From the human T2T-CHM13v2.0 reference genome, Homo sapiens: a stretch of DNA of 64,000 bases. The translations under genes and the position numbers were made by a program. Under the pieces are notes generated by a model, which saw nothing but the letters and a program-made list of their open reading frames with translations, was not told the DNA's origin and ran no database searches. Numbering within the stretch: position 1 is the first letter of the stretch; each line of letters starts with the position of its first letter. The stretch lies in assembly GCF_009914755.1 (NCBI RefSeq), contig NC_060929.1; one strand, given 5' to 3'. Positions 58,701-64,000 of the stretch are shown piece by piece.

Positions 58701-59172
58701 GTCTGAAAGAGAGTATTGTACACTGATTGGGATTAGGAGATAATAGTTTAGTTGGCAGTTTCTTTGGACATTTGATATGGGCAGTAGAGAAGGAATAAAT
58801 TAGCCATTTTGGAATATGGTGAAAATTAATAGTAAAATTAAATAGCACATAACTGAAAACACCCTTATCCTATAGGAAATAGGACACCCTTACCCTATAG
58901 GAAACTTTTGCTTAGATTGAAATATAAGCAGCAGTGCTCATATATTTACAGCAGTTTCAAATTCAAATGAATCCTACTTTAAAATGTGTTCTATCTATTC
59001 CACTGAATTGTTATCTGATGGGAAGGTGGAATGTAATGCAGTGGAATGTATCATTATCTGAAACAGGCATGGAGCAGTTTAGAAATTTGCTCAAGGTCAC
59101 ACAATTTAGCAGAGCTGAGATTCAAACTCAAGTGGCCTGGCTCCAAAGCCATTCTTCTAACCATGACACAAC

Positions 59173-59484
59173 TTTTTTTCTTTTCTTTTCTTTTTTGAAA
59201 CAGGCTCTTGGGGTCTTGCTCTGTCACTTGGGCTGGAGTGCAGTGGTGCAATCACGGGCCACTGCAGCCTTTATGTCCAGGCTCAAGTGGTCTTCCCATC
59301 TCAGCCTCCTGAGGGCCTGGGACCACAGGTGTGTGCTACCATACTTGGCTAATTTGATTCTTTTGTAGAGATGGGGTCTCACTATGCTGCCCAGGCTGGT
59401 CTCTAACTCCTGGGCTCAATCAATCCTCCCACCTGAGCCTCCCAAAGTGCTGGGATTATAGGCATGAGCCACTGTGCCCAGCGA
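59173..59484 (-). mobile_element. AluJ-like
   Basis: Reverse Alu with J-type 'ctcctgggctcaatcaatcctcccacct'. Confidence 0.9.
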
Positions 59485-59945
59485 CCATCTCTTTAATATT
59501 TGCAAAGATTGATACAACACTGCCTCTTTAATATTTGCAAAATTAAACTTGCTGTCAGTATACATTTGTGAATTTGTTCTTCTTAGGTGGTTTCCAGAAT
59601 AACATTTTATTTCACTCCCCATTTTCATGTTGGTTATTTGACAATCAGCTTGGATAAGAGAACCTTGTTACAGTTCTCATGACGTTGGCTTTTTAATTAA
59701 GAATATTCTTCAGTGAAAGGTGGGCTGGCTGCCAGGCCCATCTCTCAGTCCTCATGTTTGGCTCTGTCTTAAGATATCCTCATATGTTCCTCCCTACTTT
59801 GTGTTAGAGACATTTTGAGTCTCTCATTTCTGTGGAGATTGAGGCTTGCAGTTGGTTTTGCAGCGTAAGTGCACATAAAAGTTCTCATGTTTTTCTTGCT
59901 CTCTGTTCAGTTTACACCTAAGGAATGAATGCACTATGGAAGTAG

Positions 59946-60285
<340 letters not shown>

Positions 60286-60546
60286 AGAATTTCTCATTCT
60301 TATACCATAATCATATCATCAATAACCATATATGCTTTAGATGAGCTCATAATCTGTCAGGGTTGTTACAGGTATATGCTCTTGCTACCAAGATTCCTCT
60401 TCATTTGACTGGAACATGGACCTAAAGCAACCATGCATTTGAATCCAAAGAAAATGCCACAATGTAAAATAATGTTGCAGGTTCTTTCCTTTGAGGAAGA
60501 TAAGCAAGATTAATGTGAAATGTGTAACTTCTCAAATTAGTGCTCA

Positions 60547-60843
60547 GGCTGGGCATGGTGGCTCACACCTGTAATCCCAGCACTTCGGGGAGGCTGAGGT
60601 GGGTGGATCACCTGAGGTCAGGAGTTTGAGACCAGCCTGACCAATATGGTGAAACCCCATCTCTACTAAAAATACAAAAATTAGCTGGGTGTGGTGGTGC
60701 ACACCTGTAGTCCCAGCTACTTGGGAGGCTGAGACCGGAGAATTGCTTGAACCCAGGTGGCGGAGGTTACAGTGAGCCAAGGTCATGCTACTGCACTCCA
60801 GCTAGGTGACAGAGCAATACTCTGTCCAAAAAAACAAAAAAAA
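60547..60843 (+). mobile_element. Alu (AluS-like)
   Basis: Full Alu with A-rich tail. Confidence 0.95.
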
Positions 60844-62289
60844 CACAGTGGTCAGCACAGAATTACTCTGTCATTCTGAGGCCAAGCAAAGAAACTTTCG
60901 AGGCTGTTGGCATTCATAAAATAATAAAAATCACTGCTGTCTATTGATGTACCATGTGCCAGGCACCAAATCATGCACTTTATATACATACCCTCATTTA
61001 ATCCTCACTGCTAGCTTATGAAGTAGGTATCTTTTTTTATATACATTAAATGAATTTAAAAACCTCACATTTGGAAGGATTAAGCAGCCTGCCTGTAGTT
61101 GTGCAACCAGAATTAGGCCTCAGGTCTATGGGACTCCAGAGCTCATGCTCTTAACCTCTGTGTTTCCCAATTGAACATCTGTCCTTAAGCACATTATTTA
61201 ATGCCCTTCACTAAAGTATAGCATATAATATTAGAACTGCAGAACTACAGGATTCTCAAGGCCAACAGTTTTTACAAATAAAGAAAAGGTGCGCAAGAAA
61301 GATTAAGAGCTCCAAGTCACATGGCTAGTCAAGTACAGTCTTCCTCATGGCTCCTGTAGTGCCTGTTAACAGAAATTGTTTGATTCACAGGCTTATGTAA
61401 ATCCTCACCTGTGAAACCTTCTCTAGGGGAGGGACAAGAAGCAGAAAGTAGGCTGCATTTTCTGGACCTGACTTCCCTGTTTTGCTTTATCTTAGGCAGC
61501 CAGAGATTAGACATATTTGGAATTATTTCATGCATCAAGAGAAGCAACTGGAATCCCTAGAGACATGAATACAACTTCAGGAAAGAAATCTGCTTTTCTA
61601 TTCTTTGATGACTGACCTAGGCTGTGTGGCTAGCTCTTCTCCTTACTTACAAAATTATTATCCCATAAAAAAGCACTGGAAAACTAGAGTTTGGAAAGCA
61701 ATGAAAATGAAGCAGTTGCCTCGTAGAACTGGAAGCTCAACTTCATGCCTTAAATGTGGATTTTTTTTTCTAAGTTCTTGGGGTGGTCCGGTATCAGAGC
61801 TCATAATCAGACCCTCAGAGAATATGGCCAGTATCCTTCTAGCTTGGATTTAGATCACAGATCAGCTGTGACTATTGTCACAGTTGCTAGGCAACGTTTG
61901 TATGTTTATTTCGAGGCCTACCCACATGTTGCATCAGAGGCCAAAGCTCATGTGCTCTGCACTCCTCAGAACAAGTAGAGCTCTTTATTTTTAACTAAAC
62001 TGTTTCCTTGTAATGTATTTTATGAATGTACAGCCTACTCTGCCAAGCTGTAGTTATCTTCAGTTTCTCCCTAGTAGTCCCAATTCTCTAAATTTTTGCA
62101 TTCAACTTCATCTAACCTGTTGCATTCTGGACTGAATATCTCTGGTACTTTCCTACCCCTAAGTCTTGTGCAAGCTGTTTTGCTCACCTAGAATGCCTGC
62201 CTGATCCAGCCTCTATCTACACATTTTGTAAAATCAAGATATTTTGTTTTAATATTTGATATGAGGGCAGTCAACTTGTTACAGCAAAA

Positions 62290-62490
62290 AGTTCATGGAC
62301 ATTATTGTCATATCTGTGTTCAAATTCAGGCTCTGCCCCTTCTTAACTGTGTAATCTTAGATAAGTTATTTAACTTCTCTAAGCATCACTTTTCTCATTG
62401 ATAAAATGCAGATAATGTTTACCTATCAAGATTTATGAAGATATATTGAAATGAGATACATAGAGCACCTGTCACAGCTCCTGGTATTTG
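62290..62490 (+). mobile_element. MIR SINE
   Basis: 'gttcaaattcaggctctgccccttcttaactgtgtaatcttagataagttatttaacttctctaagc...gataaaatg'. Confidence 0.75.
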
Positions 62491-64000
62491 GAAGATTCTA
62501 TAAGTCCCCACCTCCCTGTAGATGACACTACAATAAGCATCCAATAAATAGTCCCTGCCTTGTCTATGAAGCCTTTCCTAACCATCTTCCAAACCAGCAC
62601 CTCAGAAATAGTCTCCCTCTTCTGACCGCCTGTAGCATTGTATTGTACCTAAGATCTTATCACAGTCAAACTTGTCAAATACTATGTTCTGAGATACAAG
62701 TTGGCACTGTAACTAGATCTGCTAGCACAACACCATATTCTGCCCAAAAGAGATGGCTGAACTTCATTCATAGATGATCCATTGTTTATCTTTCATCAGA
62801 ATCACACTTTCAGTTATCATAAACACTATACCTTGTTAGATGACTCTATTGCAGGTCTCTTTAAAAGCACCATTATTATACTTAATAATTAAAGGGATTG
62901 TAAGAATGTATGTCATGGTGTGACAGCTTGGCAAACAACAGACATCTGAATATTCATTTCCTGAAGTGAATAATCCATCATTACAGAAAGAAAAATGGAA
63001 GCCTGTATTCAATAGACCTATAAAAGGTGTTTAAAGAATGTCCATGTCTTTCTTAGAAAAGCCCCTTGTGAGCAGCCTTGTTTTGTTGCGGTTGTCTTAC
63101 AGGAAGCAGCTCAGGGTTTTGCGTATATGTGTTTTATTTTGAAGTTGTACAACTCCTGGTTGATGACAGTCATAACGTAAATGACCTAAAGTTTAAATTG
63201 CGTTATTCTAATCAGTTTTCTGACCTCTGCTGTCAACAGAATTTCTGACGATCAAATAATAAAACTCAGACAATATTGGTTTTGTGCCATAAAATAATAC
63301 TCTTGTGTTTATTCATGTACAAATTCATGCATTTATCTCAGATACTTGTTAAGCAACTACTATGTTAAGGCTCCGGGGATGGGGATGGGGATGGGTGGCA
63401 ACTCAAACAGGCCTGGCCCCTGCCTTCATGGAGTTCACATTTGGCTGTTTTATAAATGTTGTGAGGAAAGGATTTTTTTTCACCCATGATTGCCTTTATT
63501 TCAATATTTGAGATGTGTTATTAAATAAGAATCTGATCATGGCTCAGGTCAAATTATTTGTTTTTCTCTTGTACATCTAGCAGAGCTGTTTGTAAAAGTT
63601 AAAAATTAGTTATTGATTTGTCAGATTTTTTAATTTAGAAAATGTTTTGTATTTGTTTTGTGGTTTGCCTAAATTGCTCTAACATTTGGTATCTAATTTG
63701 ACTCTCACAGTAACCCTGTAGGGTGCATGGTATTGCCATGATAAGAAACTAGATGCTCAGCAGGCTTAATTGACCTCCCATGGAGTCCCGGCCACTTAGC
63801 AGCCATCCAAATGGAAACTTAAGTCTTCTGATTTATTAAGTGTGTTCTTGATTCCAGCTTAAAAAAAACTTAAAGTATTAAAACTGTATCTTATTCTGTG
63901 TTTAAATGAGACTAACTGACAGCTAGAAAATGGAAACAAAAATGTGAATCAACTGTGATTTTTGAGCCCCTCTCTGCTACTGTATAGGCACTGTGGGGAG

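Overview
Primate, almost certainly human, genomic DNA (it carries a consensus-like AluYa5) covering the 5' part of the calpastatin gene CAST on the + strand. I recognised the gene from memory of the protein, not from a database search. Four short phase-0 coding exons with GT/AG boundaries splice to MSQPGQKPAASPRPRRAAAARRTHE (or alternatively MAFASWWYKT) + HVSEKTSESPSKPGEKKGSDE + KKAASLGSSQSSRTYAGGTASATK. This is the N-terminal XL region of calpastatin (exons 1xa, 1xb, 1y, 1z). A second CpG island at about 49.4-50.1 kb holds a probable non-coding alternative first exon (1u). I did not find the exon carrying the MNPTETK start, so it presumably lies downstream of the window. The rest is intron and upstream DNA filled with Alu, MIR, L1, L2, LTR and DNA-transposon relics. 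Nearly all ORFs in the supplied track are Alu, microsatellite or GC-content artefacts. I found no evidence for a new multi-gene system. The most notable sequence-level observations are: a 54-bp locally templated insertion inside an old Alu; a pristine AluYa5; short E-box tandem arrays just downstream of first exons in both CpG islands; a uORF in exon 1u; and closely spaced inverted Alu pairs. Repeat subfamily names and most repeat boundaries are by eye and approximate.
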